From Gammaproteobacteria bacterium (GTDB lineage Bacteria > Pseudomonadota > Gammaproteobacteria > Natronospirales > REEB76), in contig JBAWFA010000012.1 in the NCBI GenBank assembly GCA_049591455.1, positions 71,824-135,823 on the forward strand: a stretch of DNA of 64,000 nucleotides, read 5' to 3'. The notes under the pieces were generated by a model, which saw nothing but the letters and a program-made list of their open reading frames with translations, did not search any database and was not told where the DNA came from. This document shows positions 1 through 10,109 of this stretch, in pieces (the stretch's first letter is position 1; each line of letters starts with the position of its first letter). Made by a program: the position numbers and the translations under genes.

Positions 1-1
1 C

Positions 2-970
2 AATCCTTCGCTAATCAGGGCGCGCCGCGTCGCGGTCCTGGGTTTTGGCGCCCAAGGGCGGGCGCAAGCGATGAATCTCAAGGATTCCGGCGTCAATGTA
101 TGCGTCGGCCTGCGGTCCGGTTCGGCCTCACGCACGGCGGCGGAAGCGGCCGGGCTGAAGTTCGCAGAACTCGCTGCGGCGGTGGCCAAGTCCGACGTGG
201 TTGTGATGCTGCTTCCAGATGAAAGCCAGCCAAAGATCTATGAGGAAATCGTGGTGCCGACGCTCAGGAAAAACGGTGCGTTGATATTTGCCCACGGTTA
301 CAACATTCATTATCAGAGGATTGTTCCGCGCGCCGATTTGGACGTGATGCTGGTTGCGCCCAACGGTATCGGAGAGCAGGTCCGCGCGCAGTACCTGGCG
401 GACCGCGGCGTGCCCGCACTGGTGGCTGTGCATCAGGATGTCAGCGGCAATGCGCGTGCGCTGGCTTTGTCCTATGCATGGGCCCAGGGGCACGGGCGTG
501 CCGGCATTATCGAGTCGAGCTTCCGCGAGGAAACCGAGACTGATTTGTTTGCAGAGCAAGCGGTGCTGTGTGGCGGTCTGACCCATCTGATTCTGGCGGC
601 ATTCGACACATTAGTGGACGCTGGTTATGAATCGGAAGTGGCGTATTTTGCCTGCCTGCATGAAGTGAAGCTCATGGCCGATATGATTTGCAAAAGCGGC
701 ATCGCCGGCATGCGGGAATCCATTTCCACGACCGCTGAATTCGGCGATTACACCCGCGGTCCACGGGTTATCGGTGAAACATCGCGTGCGGCCATGAAGG
801 ATATACTGAATGAAATCCAGGGCGGCAAGTTCGCCGCGGAGCTCAGCCGCGAACTGGATGCCGGCATGCCCACTATCAAGGTGGAACGCATTCGGGCGCG
901 TACCCAGCTCATCGAGGCCGTAGGCAAGACGCTGCGGGAGCGCATGCAAGGCCGCAGCCGATCTGTCTGA
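2..970 (+). CDS. ilvC: Ketol-acid reductoisomerase-like protein (class I KARI family), 5' end outside window
   Basis: The frame is open from the window edge, upstream of the listed Met (..VAVLGFGAQGRAQAMNLKDSG Rossmann motif). KARI hallmarks GLRSGSAS, FAHGYNIHY, EETETDLFAEQAVLCGG and ISTTAEFGDY are present. The usual APKGPGH motif reads APNGIGE (see findings). Confidence 0.85.
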   Translation, partial: NPSLIRARRVAVLGFGAQGRAQAMNLKDSGVNVCVGLRSGSASRTAAEAAGLKFAELAAAVAKSDVVVMLLPDESQPKIYEEIVVPTLRKNGALIFAHGYNIHYQRIVPRADLDVMLVAPNGIGEQVRAQYLADRGVPALVAVHQDVSGNARALALSYAWAQGHGRAGIIESSFREETETDLFAEQAVLCGGLTHLILAAFDTLVDAGYESEVAYFACLHEVKLMADMICKSGIAGMRESISTTAEFGDYTRGPRVIGETSRAAMKDILNEIQGGKFAAELSRELDAGMPTIKVERIRARTQLIEAVGKTLRERMQGRSRSV

Positions 971-1033
971 GGGGTTTATTCGCTCCACACAGCCGGTCAT
1001 GGCATCATAGTGTCCTCATTCAGAGGCCATGAC

Positions 1034-1870
1034 ATGTCTTTACCCATGAATCCCGATCCGGACGTTGATACTGAAGTCGGTATTGACGAGCAGGTGGGCG
1101 AAACGGACGACGCCGGCGTTGAAGGCCCGCGCCGCCGCGGCATCTATCTGTTGCCCAATCTGTTCACCACCGCAGGTTTATTCGCCGGCTTCTATGCAAT
1201 TGTTGCTGCCATGGCCGGTTATTTTCAAGCGGCCGCCATCGCGGTGTTCGTGGCCATGATCATGGACGGACTCGACGGACGCATCGCGCGGCTTACCCGT
1301 ACCGAAAGCGCGTTCGGCAAGGAATACGACAGCCTTTCCGACATGGTGTCGTTCGGTCTGGCGCCGGCGCTTGTCATGTACGAGTGGGCCTTCAAGGACA
1401 TGATCAATTACGGCTCCGTGTGGGGTAAGGTCGGCTGGCTGGGTGCGTTTTTCTATGCCATCACCGCGGCCTTGCGCTTGGCGCGTTTCAACGTGCGCAC
1501 CGGCGTGGTGGATAAGCGCTATTTCCAGGGTCTGCCGAGTCCGGCTGCCGCCGGTGTCGTTGCCGGTAGCGTATGGCTGGGCGTGGATCTGGGCATTCCC
1601 GGCCCGGCGCTAGTGATTCCCGCGTATGTGCTCACGGTGGCGGCGGGTGCGCTGATGGTGAGCAGTATCGGATATTACAGCTTCAAGGATGTCAATCTGC
1701 ACGGCCGTGTACCATTCACAACCATCCTCATAGTAGCCATCGCGATCATCGTACTGTCCCTGAGCACACCGAAGGTGCTGTTCATCGTGTTCTTTATTTA
1801 CGCCTGGTCCGGCCCTGTGACGGCACTATGGCGCTTGCGCCGGCGCCTGGTGCACCGGCACGTCCATTGA
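1034..1870 (+). CDS. pssA: CDP-diacylglycerol--serine O-phosphatidyltransferase (CDP-alcohol phosphatidyltransferase type)
   Basis: Carries the motif DGLDGRIARLTRTESAFGKEYDSLSDMVSFGLAP (DG..AR...G...D...D) and several TM segments. I chose the ATG at 1034, preceded by AGAGG, over the GTG at 1010. Confidence 0.85.
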   Translation: MSLPMNPDPDVDTEVGIDEQVGETDDAGVEGPRRRGIYLLPNLFTTAGLFAGFYAIVAAMAGYFQAAAIAVFVAMIMDGLDGRIARLTRTESAFGKEYDSLSDMVSFGLAPALVMYEWAFKDMINYGSVWGKVGWLGAFFYAITAALRLARFNVRTGVVDKRYFQGLPSPAAAGVVAGSVWLGVDLGIPGPALVIPAYVLTVAAGALMVSSIGYYSFKDVNLHGRVPFTTILIVAIAIIVLSLSTPKVLFIVFFIYAWSGPVTALWRLRRRLVHRHVH

Positions 1871-1876
1871 GCATAC

Positions 1877-2575
1877 ATGGATGCGCAACGCGCCCAGTAT
1901 TTGCGCGATCTCGGCATCACGGCCTGGGAGCGGCGCGAACGACTGAATGACTCGCAGGCTGCATCACCGGTGGAGCCCCCAGGCCTTCCCTCGGGTTCGC
2001 GCGATGCGGCCATCGCCGTCATGGACTGGCCGGCCCTGGAACAGGCGGTCAAGGTTTGCACTGCCTGCGGTCTGCGCGCCGGTTGTACTCAAACGGTTTT
2101 CGGCGTGGGGAATCGTCAGGCGGACTGGCTGGTGATCGGCGAAGCGCCTGGAGCCGATGAGGACAAGCAAGGTGAACCTTTCGTGGGCCGCGCGGGACAA
2201 TTGCTCAACTCCATGCTGCTGGCCATCGGACTCAAGCGCGAGCAGGTGTATATCGCCAACATTCTGAAATGCCGTCCGCCCGGCAACCGCGACCCGAAAC
2301 CAGAAGAAGCGGAACTCTGCCGGCCGTTCCTTGTTCGCCAGATCGCGCTCATCCAGCCGAAATTGATTCTCGCCGTGGGCCGCATTGCGGCCCAGAATTT
2401 GCTGAATACCGACACACCCATCGGCCGCCTGCGCGGCCACGTGCATCGGGTGAACGACATTCCAGTGGTGGTCACCTATCATCCGGCTTACCTGTTACGG
2501 TCGCCCGGCGAGAAACGTAAGTCCTGGGCTGATTTGCAGTTCGCTGTACGTGTTCTGAAGGGCGAACAGGCATGA
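1877..2575 (+). CDS. Uracil-DNA glycosylase, family 4
   Basis: Carries [18 protein letters not shown] and [12 protein letters not shown], with HPAYLLR near the C-terminus. The stop overlaps the rimI start. Confidence 0.85.
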   Translation: MDAQRAQYLRDLGITAWERRERLNDSQAASPVEPPGLPSGSRDAAIAVMDWPALEQAVKVCTACGLRAGCTQTVFGVGNRQADWLVIGEAPGADEDKQGEPFVGRAGQLLNSMLLAIGLKREQVYIANILKCRPPGNRDPKPEEAELCRPFLVRQIALIQPKLILAVGRIAAQNLLNTDTPIGRLRGHVHRVNDIPVVVTYHPAYLLRSPGEKRKSWADLQFAVRVLKGEQA

Positions 2576-3039
2576 GCGCGGTCGTCGCCATCATCGAATC
2601 ACCGCTGTACCGCCCCATGCGCGAGGAGGATGTGCGCGCGGTCATGGAGATCGAAAAGCGCGCCTACCAGTTCCATTGGACCGAAGGCATTTTCCGCGAT
2701 TGTCTGCGGGTAGGCTACGGCTGCTGGATCATGGAGCTGGGTGACGGCATCGGCGGCTACGGCATTCTGTCGCTGGTGGTGGGCGAGGCGCATCTGCTGA
2801 ACGTCTGCGTGGCGCCAGAATGGCAACGGCAGGGTTACGGCCGGCTGCTGCTGGAGCATTTTATCGAACTGGCGCGTGAGCGCGGCGCTTATCAAATGCT
2901 GCTGGAAGTGCGGCCTTCCAACAAATCCGCGCTGCGGCTGTACCGCACTCGCGGTTTTGAGGAAGTTGGTTTGCGCAAGAATTACTATCCAGGCACCCAC
3001 AGCCGGGAAGACGCGATTATCTTGAGCTTGCCGCTATAA
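2572..3039 (+). CDS. rimI: Ribosomal-protein-alanine N-acetyltransferase (GNAT)
   Basis: Has a GNAT core (VAPEWQRQGYGRLLLEHF, LEVRPSN..ALRLY), is about 150 aa long, and has a 4-bp overlap with the upstream gene. Confidence 0.8.
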   Translation: MSAVVAIIESPLYRPMREEDVRAVMEIEKRAYQFHWTEGIFRDCLRVGYGCWIMELGDGIGGYGILSLVVGEAHLLNVCVAPEWQRQGYGRLLLEHFIELARERGAYQMLLEVRPSNKSALRLYRTRGFEEVGLRKNYYPGTHSREDAIILSLPL

Positions 3040-3095
3040 ATCGTCCGCGCGCTGCAATCAGGTAAAATACGCGCTTTCCCTAGGGTTCCGTATCC

Positions 3096-4691
3096 ATGTT
3101 CGACCAGGAAATCGGCCGGCGTCGCACCTTTGCGATCATTTCGCACCCGGATGCCGGTAAGACCACACTGACGGAGAAGCTGCTGTTGTTCGGCGGCGCG
3201 ATCCAGTTGGCTGGCGCTGTGAAGGGCCGCAAGGCCGCGCGCCACGCTACCTCCGACTGGATGGCATTGGAGCAGCAGCGCGGCATTTCCGTCACCTCTT
3301 CGGTGATGCAGTTTCCGTACAAACACTGCATCGTAAATCTGTTGGACACTCCGGGTCACGAGGATTTTTCCGAGGATACTTACCGCACCCTCACGGCGGT
3401 GGATTCCGCGCTCATGGTGATTGACTGCGCCAAGGGCGTGGAGGAACGCACCATCAAACTCATGGATGTGTGCCGTCTGCGCGACACACCCATCATGACG
3501 TTTATCAACAAACTGGATCGCGACGGCCGCGACCCAATGGGCTTGCTGGATGAAGTAGAATCAGTTTTGAGAATCCGCTGTGCGCCTGTTACCTGGCCCA
3601 TCGGCATGGGCCGCGAGCTGAAAGGCATCTACCATTTCTCCGAAGACCGCATCTACATATACGCAGATGACAAGACCGGTCGGCTGGGCGAGACGCGTAT
3701 CATTCAGGGCTTGTTGAGCGAAGAAGCCCATGCGGTGCTGGGCCGCGATGCGCAGAGTATCCGTGCTGAAGTGGAACTGGTGCGCGGAGCATCACATGCG
3801 TTTGACAAGCAGGAATATCTTGCCGGCCGATTGACGCCGGTGTTTTTTGGCTCAGCCATCAACAACTTTGGCGTGCGTGAACTGCTGGATTCCTTTGTGG
3901 AACACGCGCCAGCGCCGCGCGCGCGCGCGGCCGCCACCCGCGTAGTGCAGCCGCTGGAGGACAAACTCACCGGTTTTGTGTTCAAGATACAGGCCAACAT
4001 GGACCCACAGCACCACGACCGCATCGCCTTCATGCGCCTGTGCTCGGGGCGTTACGCGCCCGGCATGCGCGCCCAGCACGTGCGCATCGGCCGTGAGGTC
4101 AAGATTCCTGACGCGCTTACCTTCATGGCGTCCGAGCGCGAACGCGTTGATGAGGCATTTGCCGGGGACATCATCGGTATCCACAATCATGGCACTGTCG
4201 CCATCGGTGACACGTTCACCCAGGGCGAGAATTTGCAGTTCACGGGAATCCCCAACTTCGCGCCGGAACTGTTTCGTCGCGTAATACTCAAAGATCCGCT
4301 CAAGTCCAAGGCGCTCAATAAGGGGCTGGACCAATTGTGCGAGGAGGGCGCTACCCAGTTATTCCGGCCCCTGCGCAACAACGAACTCATTCTGGGCGCA
4401 GTAGGCCTGCTGCAGTTCGATGTGGTGGCATTCCGGCTCAAGAGCGAATACGGCGTGGATTGCATCTTCGAGAGCGTGCCGGTGGCCACCGCGCGCTGGA
4501 TCGAATGCGACGATGCAAAAAAACTCGATGAATTCAAAAACAGAACCTTCGATAATCTGGCACTGGATCATGCCGACAGTCTAGTGTACGTGGCGCCTAC
4601 GCAGGTGAATCTGCAACTCACCCAGGATCGCTGGCCGGACGTGCGGTTCCGCAAGACGCGTGAACATGGTGTTGAAGCCGCCGTCACTTGA
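3096..4691 (+). CDS. prfC: Peptide chain release factor 3 (GTPase)
   Basis: Carries [26 protein letters not shown] and NKLD G-motifs, and RF3-like sequence runs the full 531 aa. Confidence 0.95.
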   Translation: MFDQEIGRRRTFAIISHPDAGKTTLTEKLLLFGGAIQLAGAVKGRKAARHATSDWMALEQQRGISVTSSVMQFPYKHCIVNLLDTPGHEDFSEDTYRTLTAVDSALMVIDCAKGVEERTIKLMDVCRLRDTPIMTFINKLDRDGRDPMGLLDEVESVLRIRCAPVTWPIGMGRELKGIYHFSEDRIYIYADDKTGRLGETRIIQGLLSEEAHAVLGRDAQSIRAEVELVRGASHAFDKQEYLAGRLTPVFFGSAINNFGVRELLDSFVEHAPAPRARAAATRVVQPLEDKLTGFVFKIQANMDPQHHDRIAFMRLCSGRYAPGMRAQHVRIGREVKIPDALTFMASERERVDEAFAGDIIGIHNHGTVAIGDTFTQGENLQFTGIPNFAPELFRRVILKDPLKSKALNKGLDQLCEEGATQLFRPLRNNELILGAVGLLQFDVVAFRLKSEYGVDCIFESVPVATARWIECDDAKKLDEFKNRTFDNLALDHADSLVYVAPTQVNLQLTQDRWPDVRFRKTREHGVEAAVT

Positions 4692-4832
4692 ATTCGTTGC
4701 CGGTTGGTATAAGCCCAGCGCTATCGAAGCTCAATCTTCCTATGCGGTGCCACAGTCTAATCATATCTATATTCAATAGCGGCTTTGCCTTATTCCTGCT
4801 AGCCTGTGCCGGTCATTTTTGGGAGCCGTGAC

Positions 4833-6119
4833 ATGCAGTTGCTGAAGAACCGCAAGCTGTTGGGCTGGGCATCCTATTACTGGGGCAACCACGCCTACAC
4901 GACTTCCATTATCACGGTGTTCTTTCCGATCTTCTTTCGGGAATATTGGGCTCACGGTGCATCCGTAACCCTGACCACCTTCCGGCTGGGCTTGGCGAAT
5001 TCCATCGCCAGTTTGGTAGTGGCACTATCGGCTCCGATGCTGGGTGCGATTGCCGACAGCGGTGGCCACAAGAAGCGCTTTCTCATTTCAACCGCTTTTT
5101 TGGGCGCCGTCATGCTATTGGCCCTGCATTTCGTCAAATTGGGGGAGTGGCAATGGGCATGGTTGTTCTACGTGGTTGCGTCCATCTGCTACTGGTGGGG
5201 CAATGTATTCGGCGATTCCATGCTGGTGTCGGTGGCCGAACCGGGCAAACTGGATATGACCTCGGCCATTGGCTATTTCGCCGGCTATCTGGGAGGTGGA
5301 TTGTTCCTGATCTTGGGCGTCGCGATGAGCCTCAAGCCCCAGTGGTTCGGGTTGAGTGGTTCCGCCGCCGCCGTCCGGCTGATCCTGATTTTCACTGCCA
5401 TCTGGTGGGTGGTGTTTTCGCTGCCCTTGCTGTTCTGGGTGCCGGAGCCAAACAAGCCGGTAAAAAAAATGAGCTTGGTCAAGACAGTACGCTCAGGCTT
5501 CAGTCAACTGGCGGAAACCTTTCGCCATGTGCGCGCGTACAAGCCGGTGTTCATGTTCCTGATCGCGTATTGGGTCTACATAGATGGCGTGAATACCGTG
5601 ATCCAGATGGCGGTGGATTACGGCAAAGCCATCGGTTTCAGCACTAGCGACCTGATCCTGGCAGTGCTGCTGGTACAGTTCGTGGGGGTGCCGGCGGCCA
5701 TTCTATTTGGGCGGCTGGGGGAGCGCATCGGTCCGAAGATCGCCATATTCATCGGCCTCGCGGTGTATGTGTTCATTACGGTGTTCGCCGCTTTCATGCA
5801 CCATTCCTGGGAATTTTTTGTGCTGGCGGGACTGGTAGGGCTGGTACAGGGCGGGGTGCAGCTTTTGAGCCGTTCCTATTACGCGCGATTGGTTCCCCAT
5901 GAGCGGGCTGGCGAGTTCTTTGGTTTCTACAACATGCTGGGCGAGTTTGCCGCCATCATTGGCCCGTTCCTGATTGGCTTTGTAAGCTATATGACCGGCA
6001 GCCCGCGGCTGTCCATCCTTTCCGTAATCCTGCTATTTGCCGTGGGCGCGGTGCTGTTGGCGCTGGTGGACACCCGCCAGTCGCATATCCCGGCACCCGT
6101 CGTAGGCGCCCCCCGCTGA
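4833..6119 (+). CDS. MFS transporter (UMF1/Atg22-like)
   Basis: About 12 predicted TM helices. The N-terminus LGWASYYWGNHAYTTSIITVFFPIFF is typical of UMF1-type MFS. The ATG at 4833 is preceded by GGGAG. Confidence 0.75.
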   Translation: MQLLKNRKLLGWASYYWGNHAYTTSIITVFFPIFFREYWAHGASVTLTTFRLGLANSIASLVVALSAPMLGAIADSGGHKKRFLISTAFLGAVMLLALHFVKLGEWQWAWLFYVVASICYWWGNVFGDSMLVSVAEPGKLDMTSAIGYFAGYLGGGLFLILGVAMSLKPQWFGLSGSAAAVRLILIFTAIWWVVFSLPLLFWVPEPNKPVKKMSLVKTVRSGFSQLAETFRHVRAYKPVFMFLIAYWVYIDGVNTVIQMAVDYGKAIGFSTSDLILAVLLVQFVGVPAAILFGRLGERIGPKIAIFIGLAVYVFITVFAAFMHHSWEFFVLAGLVGLVQGGVQLLSRSYYARLVPHERAGEFFGFYNMLGEFAAIIGPFLIGFVSYMTGSPRLSILSVILLFAVGAVLLALVDTRQSHIPAPVVGAPR

Positions 6120-6227
6120 GGCGCGGGATTTAATCCATATTGGAACCTGCGAAATCGGGCCAGTCGTGGCACAATCTGGCCTTGGGCGATGGCATGTTGC
6201 CGTTGCCAAAACTGGCGGGAGGGATTT

Positions 6228-6944
6228 ATGAAGCGGTTGTTTCTGAGCCTGATTCCCTTGGCTCTGGCAGGGCTCGCGGTGGGCTGCAGTTCTTCGGGTT
6301 CGGGCTTTGTGCTCGTAGGCGTGCCCGGGCAGAATTCCTATACCGACAGCGCCAATATCCTGATAGGCAACGGTCAGTGCAGCTATGTCATCTATCGCGG
6401 CGACGGCGTGAATCCTCCAGAGGTGGTGACACCTTGCGCGGTGGTTGCGGATAAGAAGGATGCTCTGGGCAACCCCCACGGCCACATGCAGATTGGGTTT
6501 AATACTACAAAGGGAGTACAGATCCTTTCGCTCAGCGAAACCGGCACCAACGGCGAATTTGCCAGTGCCATCCCTGACATTGGCGTGTATCTGCCAAACA
6601 ACTGGAATATCGTACCTCCGGCTGACAGCCTGATCCTCAAAGCCGCTGCACAAGGAAGTGTCTATGCGAACCTGATGGTGTCCATAGGCGGTGCCCGTTG
6701 CTCCCTGACAGTCGTACCGGCTGCCAGCAATGTCCCGGTCAACATGCCCTGTGGGTTGATGTCCTGGAGCGACACTTCGGTGTCAATCAGCATACCAGGG
6801 GCGCTGGTCTCGACGATCTATACCGCACGTTCCTGGCCACTGCATTTCGCCGTAGATGCAACCAAAAGTGGTAGCTGGAATCTTTTGACGCCCCCACTTG
6901 GATTTCCCACCACCTACGTGGTGGCAAGTGGTTCAGGCAGCTAA
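6228..6944 (+). CDS. Lipoprotein, unknown function
   Basis: The ATG at 6228 follows GGGAGGGA. The signal peptide has a lipobox (LAGLAVGC-SSSGSG). I recognised no family. Confidence 0.6.
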   Translation: MKRLFLSLIPLALAGLAVGCSSSGSGFVLVGVPGQNSYTDSANILIGNGQCSYVIYRGDGVNPPEVVTPCAVVADKKDALGNPHGHMQIGFNTTKGVQILSLSETGTNGEFASAIPDIGVYLPNNWNIVPPADSLILKAAAQGSVYANLMVSIGGARCSLTVVPAASNVPVNMPCGLMSWSDTSVSISIPGALVSTIYTARSWPLHFAVDATKSGSWNLLTPPLGFPTTYVVASGSGS

Positions 6945-7031
6945 AGCATCCGGTAAGATCGCCGGATGATGCGTGGGCACACTTTTTAGAGGGGAAGCGC
7001 AGGGTGTGCCTGCGCATTAGGATATATCTCA

Positions 7032-7799
7032 ATGAACAAAACCCATAGATTAATGCTTGTCTTATGCCTGTTCGTCACGGGCTTGTGCACTGCTGCTACC
7101 GCACCATCGGAATCATGGGTCACGACTTCCAAAGCACCGTGTGATGGATTGACCATCGGCTGGACACCCCGGCTTGACGTGTTGCAAAAAGCACTTGGTT
7201 CCCGCTGGCAACCAGCGGAAGGGCCGGTAAAAGGCCACGGCATCCTGTTGTTGTTCGCCACTTCCTGTCCGCAATCCCATATCGGTAAAATCGCCAGTGG
7301 ACCATTCACCATCGGCGCAGTCATCATCCCGGTGCAGACGCCAAAAGATACGCACGGTGTACAGCAATCAAACGGACACGGTTGGGCGGTGATACCGGAT
7401 GCGCTCGGGCCGGCATCCGGCGCCGTCATGCATTTATTCAAGCGCCATGGTTTCGCCGTCACCGATGCCAAGGTGGCGCTCGGCATTCACAAAACCCCGA
7501 AGGGCAACGAAACCAGCATGAGCTTCATGACAGCGGAGGGGAATATCGAGGTCCGCGCGTTGATATTGGGGCCGGCCAAACGCTTCGGTTACGTTAGTGC
7601 ACTCGCCGGGGCCAATCCGTCGGTCTTTTCGCTTTTCACCGGATCTGAATCGGCGTCGCGACAAGCACAAGGTACTGCCACCGTAACGGCGCAAGGCAAC
7701 ACCTGGGTTTCGCGCTTGGGACTGGATGCGAAACCGAAGATGGTGATGCTGGATCAAGGCTTTATCTGGTCTTTTCAGTTTTCAGATAAGCCGTATTGA
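7032..7799 (+). CDS. Secreted protein, unknown function
   Basis: N-terminal signal peptide MNKTHRLMLVLCLFVTGLCTAATA. A 17-nt palindrome (7807-7823) follows the stop. Confidence 0.55.
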   Translation: MNKTHRLMLVLCLFVTGLCTAATAPSESWVTTSKAPCDGLTIGWTPRLDVLQKALGSRWQPAEGPVKGHGILLLFATSCPQSHIGKIASGPFTIGAVIIPVQTPKDTHGVQQSNGHGWAVIPDALGPASGAVMHLFKRHGFAVTDAKVALGIHKTPKGNETSMSFMTAEGNIEVRALILGPAKRFGYVSALAGANPSVFSLFTGSESASRQAQGTATVTAQGNTWVSRLGLDAKPKMVMLDQGFIWSFQFSDKPY

Positions 7800-7832
7800 T
7801 CTGAACAGGTACGCCGCGTACCTACACATCAT

Positions 7833-7999
7833 CGACCTCAGCATTATGAGCTTGGACTTAGAATTTGCGTCTCTAACCAAATCAGTCACTTACGGCGCTT
7901 GCCTTTTCCAAAACCGCATCTCAATAGTCAGTAAACGCATCGCAGCGCATGCTGGCGTGGCACAATTCAGGCACAGTGAACACTGACTGCAGTCGGCCA
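7833..7999 (-). repeat. R1: 18-nt tRNA-Met(CAU) core (7833-7850) plus 149-bp conserved U flank (7851-7999)
   Basis: CGACCTCAGCATTATGAG matches the tRNA-half copies at 13164 and 14302. The adjacent 149 bp differ at only 4 positions from 13209-13357. Confidence 0.85.
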
Positions 8000-8666
8000 A
8001 CTGCGGACCATCAGCTCTCGAAATCTGGCGCCTGAAACCAGACATTCGGCCGGTTTGCAGGCTTCTATATTGATGATGGTGCCGCTGATTGAAACGGCAA
8101 TTCCGATCTCAGTATCGAGTTCTACGAGCGTATCGAGCTCCCATCCGTATATAGTCACACGCCGCGATAGCGCTGAACAGTATTGAAGACGACGCAAGCT
8201 TCATACCCGGTGGTTCGATTATGTATGCTCCTATTGGTGCGAATTGGATAATCTGGCGTCGCTTGTGTATGCAAATTCTTCCCGGCAGAGCGCAGTCAGC
8301 TACAGCGCGATAAATGACTTCTGCCGAGTCACAAAGATGGTCTGACGGCGTTCTGCGGCCTAGACGGGTCGGGCGCTTGACATTGAAAGGTGATAGGACT
8401 AGACCCTTAACATGGACACTGCGAATATCCGAGAATCTTGATGGGTCAGATATCGAGGCGATACTGAGCTGAAAGCCGCGCACAAGAGAATCGGCATAAC
8501 ATGCAGATGGTGAAAGCCGTGTACACGTTAAGCGCTGGAATTAAGGACGGCCGTAGTCTGCTGAAATGTGCGAGTTGCTGCCGAGCGTGTTACATCGTTA
8601 GACGACCCATCTGAACCCAGGAATACCCGGACCTTCCACTTTTCGAGGCGTCACTGGGAGCAGGCC

Positions 8667-10097
8667 GTGAACAAAACATTCCTGATACAGAGAAAACGTT
8701 TTGGGGTTTGGCGTGTGCGCAGTGATGCCCTCCCGATGGCCGCGCTACTTTTAGCCCTAGCTGTCGGCTTTTCGGCGTTCGTAAGCAGCGCGTTCGCCGG
8801 GACCCCGTCGGCTTACAGCCAGGTAATTGGGGCGACCCATATTTTGTCGTTGTCCATTCCAGCTGCCGCAAATATACCAAAGCAACCAAATACTGTTACC
8901 TACATCACCCTAACCGTCAGCGACACGTACTTATACCCGGTCATATTCGAGTGCACTATTGATGGTGTTCCGACTCCCGACGTCGTCACACCGACTGACG
9001 ACGGCGCGCCGAGCACCGGCGGTGCCACTGCGGTGTGGAATCCGACTCCCGTCGGAACAGGAAACGAGACTATTCTAACCATGGCGACCATGCTCCAGAC
9101 GGAGCCGGCGGTCTACACGATTACGGTTTCCGGAATCGGAGTGTTATGCGGACAGTACCCCAGCAGCACCATCATAATGACGCTGCTACCGGCTCTCACC
9201 CTGCAGCGAGATGATTTGACGACTGTTGAGGCTACCGGCTACCCGTCGACGGGCGGCACATTCGGCTATACCGTCGCGCCGGTGGCGGGATCGAGCGCAG
9301 AGGATGTCTCGGTTGGGTTTGCGACGGGCAACAACGCAACGACGGATCCGAACACAGCCACACTCACGGCCCCTGCACTCAATTGCAACCCTCCGGGAGC
9401 CCCGTGCCATGGAGGTTTGGTGAGCGTCACGACCAATTTCATGGACAACATGCTGACCGCGTCCAACGACACGGACAATCCCTACGAAGTCGCGACCTTC
9501 GGCACCTCCTGTTACGACACCGCGCTCGAATCGGACTGGGGTAACCCGGGTGCGCAACCCCCGCCGCCGCCGCCTGGCCTGAAGTTTCCGCCTCCTCCGG
9601 TTGGGGTTCTGCCTGGCCAGAATTCAACTTGCACGAGCATATCGTACAACGGTATCACGTATTCGGGCGTTGTCGAGAATCCGGATGGGCTTACCGGCAC
9701 CTATTGCAGTTCATTCATTTTGGATGCGGAACTGCAAGGCAGTGCCCAGCTCAGCTACCACCCCATTGCCCCACAGATATATATCCAATACAACTCGTCT
9801 ACTGGTACGTTCAGCTACGTCAGCGTAATCGAAGCTGCGGACGGTACTCCACCAGTCGCGAACCAGACGGTCGCGCGAGATCGGGCCATCATTCCGGTTC
9901 ACAACAGTTACATTGACTTGGATCAGATCGGCACCGGACTCCTCGCCAACGATATAGGCGGGGCCATTACGGGTTATCGGATCGATCTCTACAAAGGCAT
10001 CGGTCAACAGGTTTGCGTCGACTACAACAACATCATGACGGTGGGCGCGTGCGAGACAGCTGGGCAAGCAAATTGCCCAACCAGTCCGTTGCAATAA
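8667..10097 (+). CDS. Secreted protein with proline-rich linker and C-terminal 3D (MltA-like) domain
   Basis: The GTG at 8667 follows GGGAG. Signal peptide ..MAALLLALAVGFSAFVSSAFAG, a PPPPPPPGLKFPPPPVG linker, and the C-terminal VARDRAIIP...LANDIGGAITGYRIDLYKG pattern with three conserved Asp. The start is uncertain (the ATG at 8736 is an alternative). Confidence 0.65.
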   Translation: MNKTFLIQRKRFGVWRVRSDALPMAALLLALAVGFSAFVSSAFAGTPSAYSQVIGATHILSLSIPAAANIPKQPNTVTYITLTVSDTYLYPVIFECTIDGVPTPDVVTPTDDGAPSTGGATAVWNPTPVGTGNETILTMATMLQTEPAVYTITVSGIGVLCGQYPSSTIIMTLLPALTLQRDDLTTVEATGYPSTGGTFGYTVAPVAGSSAEDVSVGFATGNNATTDPNTATLTAPALNCNPPGAPCHGGLVSVTTNFMDNMLTASNDTDNPYEVATFGTSCYDTALESDWGNPGAQPPPPPPGLKFPPPPVGVLPGQNSTCTSISYNGITYSGVVENPDGLTGTYCSSFILDAELQGSAQLSYHPIAPQIYIQYNSSTGTFSYVSVIEAADGTPPVANQTVARDRAIIPVHNSYIDLDQIGTGLLANDIGGAITGYRIDLYKGIGQQVCVDYNNIMTVGACETAGQANCPTSPLQ

Positions 10098-10109
10098 AAG
10101 GAGAGTGCC

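Noticed and set aside
7851-7999. The U flank read as a tRNA 5' half, or as a full tRNA with a CTA (amber-suppressor or Pyl-like) anticodon loop TTCTAAG
   Set aside because: The reverse complement contains a D-loop-like TGATTTGGTTAGAGA and a loop with U33 and purine-37 geometry. However, the would-be anticodon stem (GCAAA/TCCAA), D stem and acceptor (GCGCCGT versus CATAGCC) do not pair. At most it is a decayed tRNA-like relic, not a functional tRNA.
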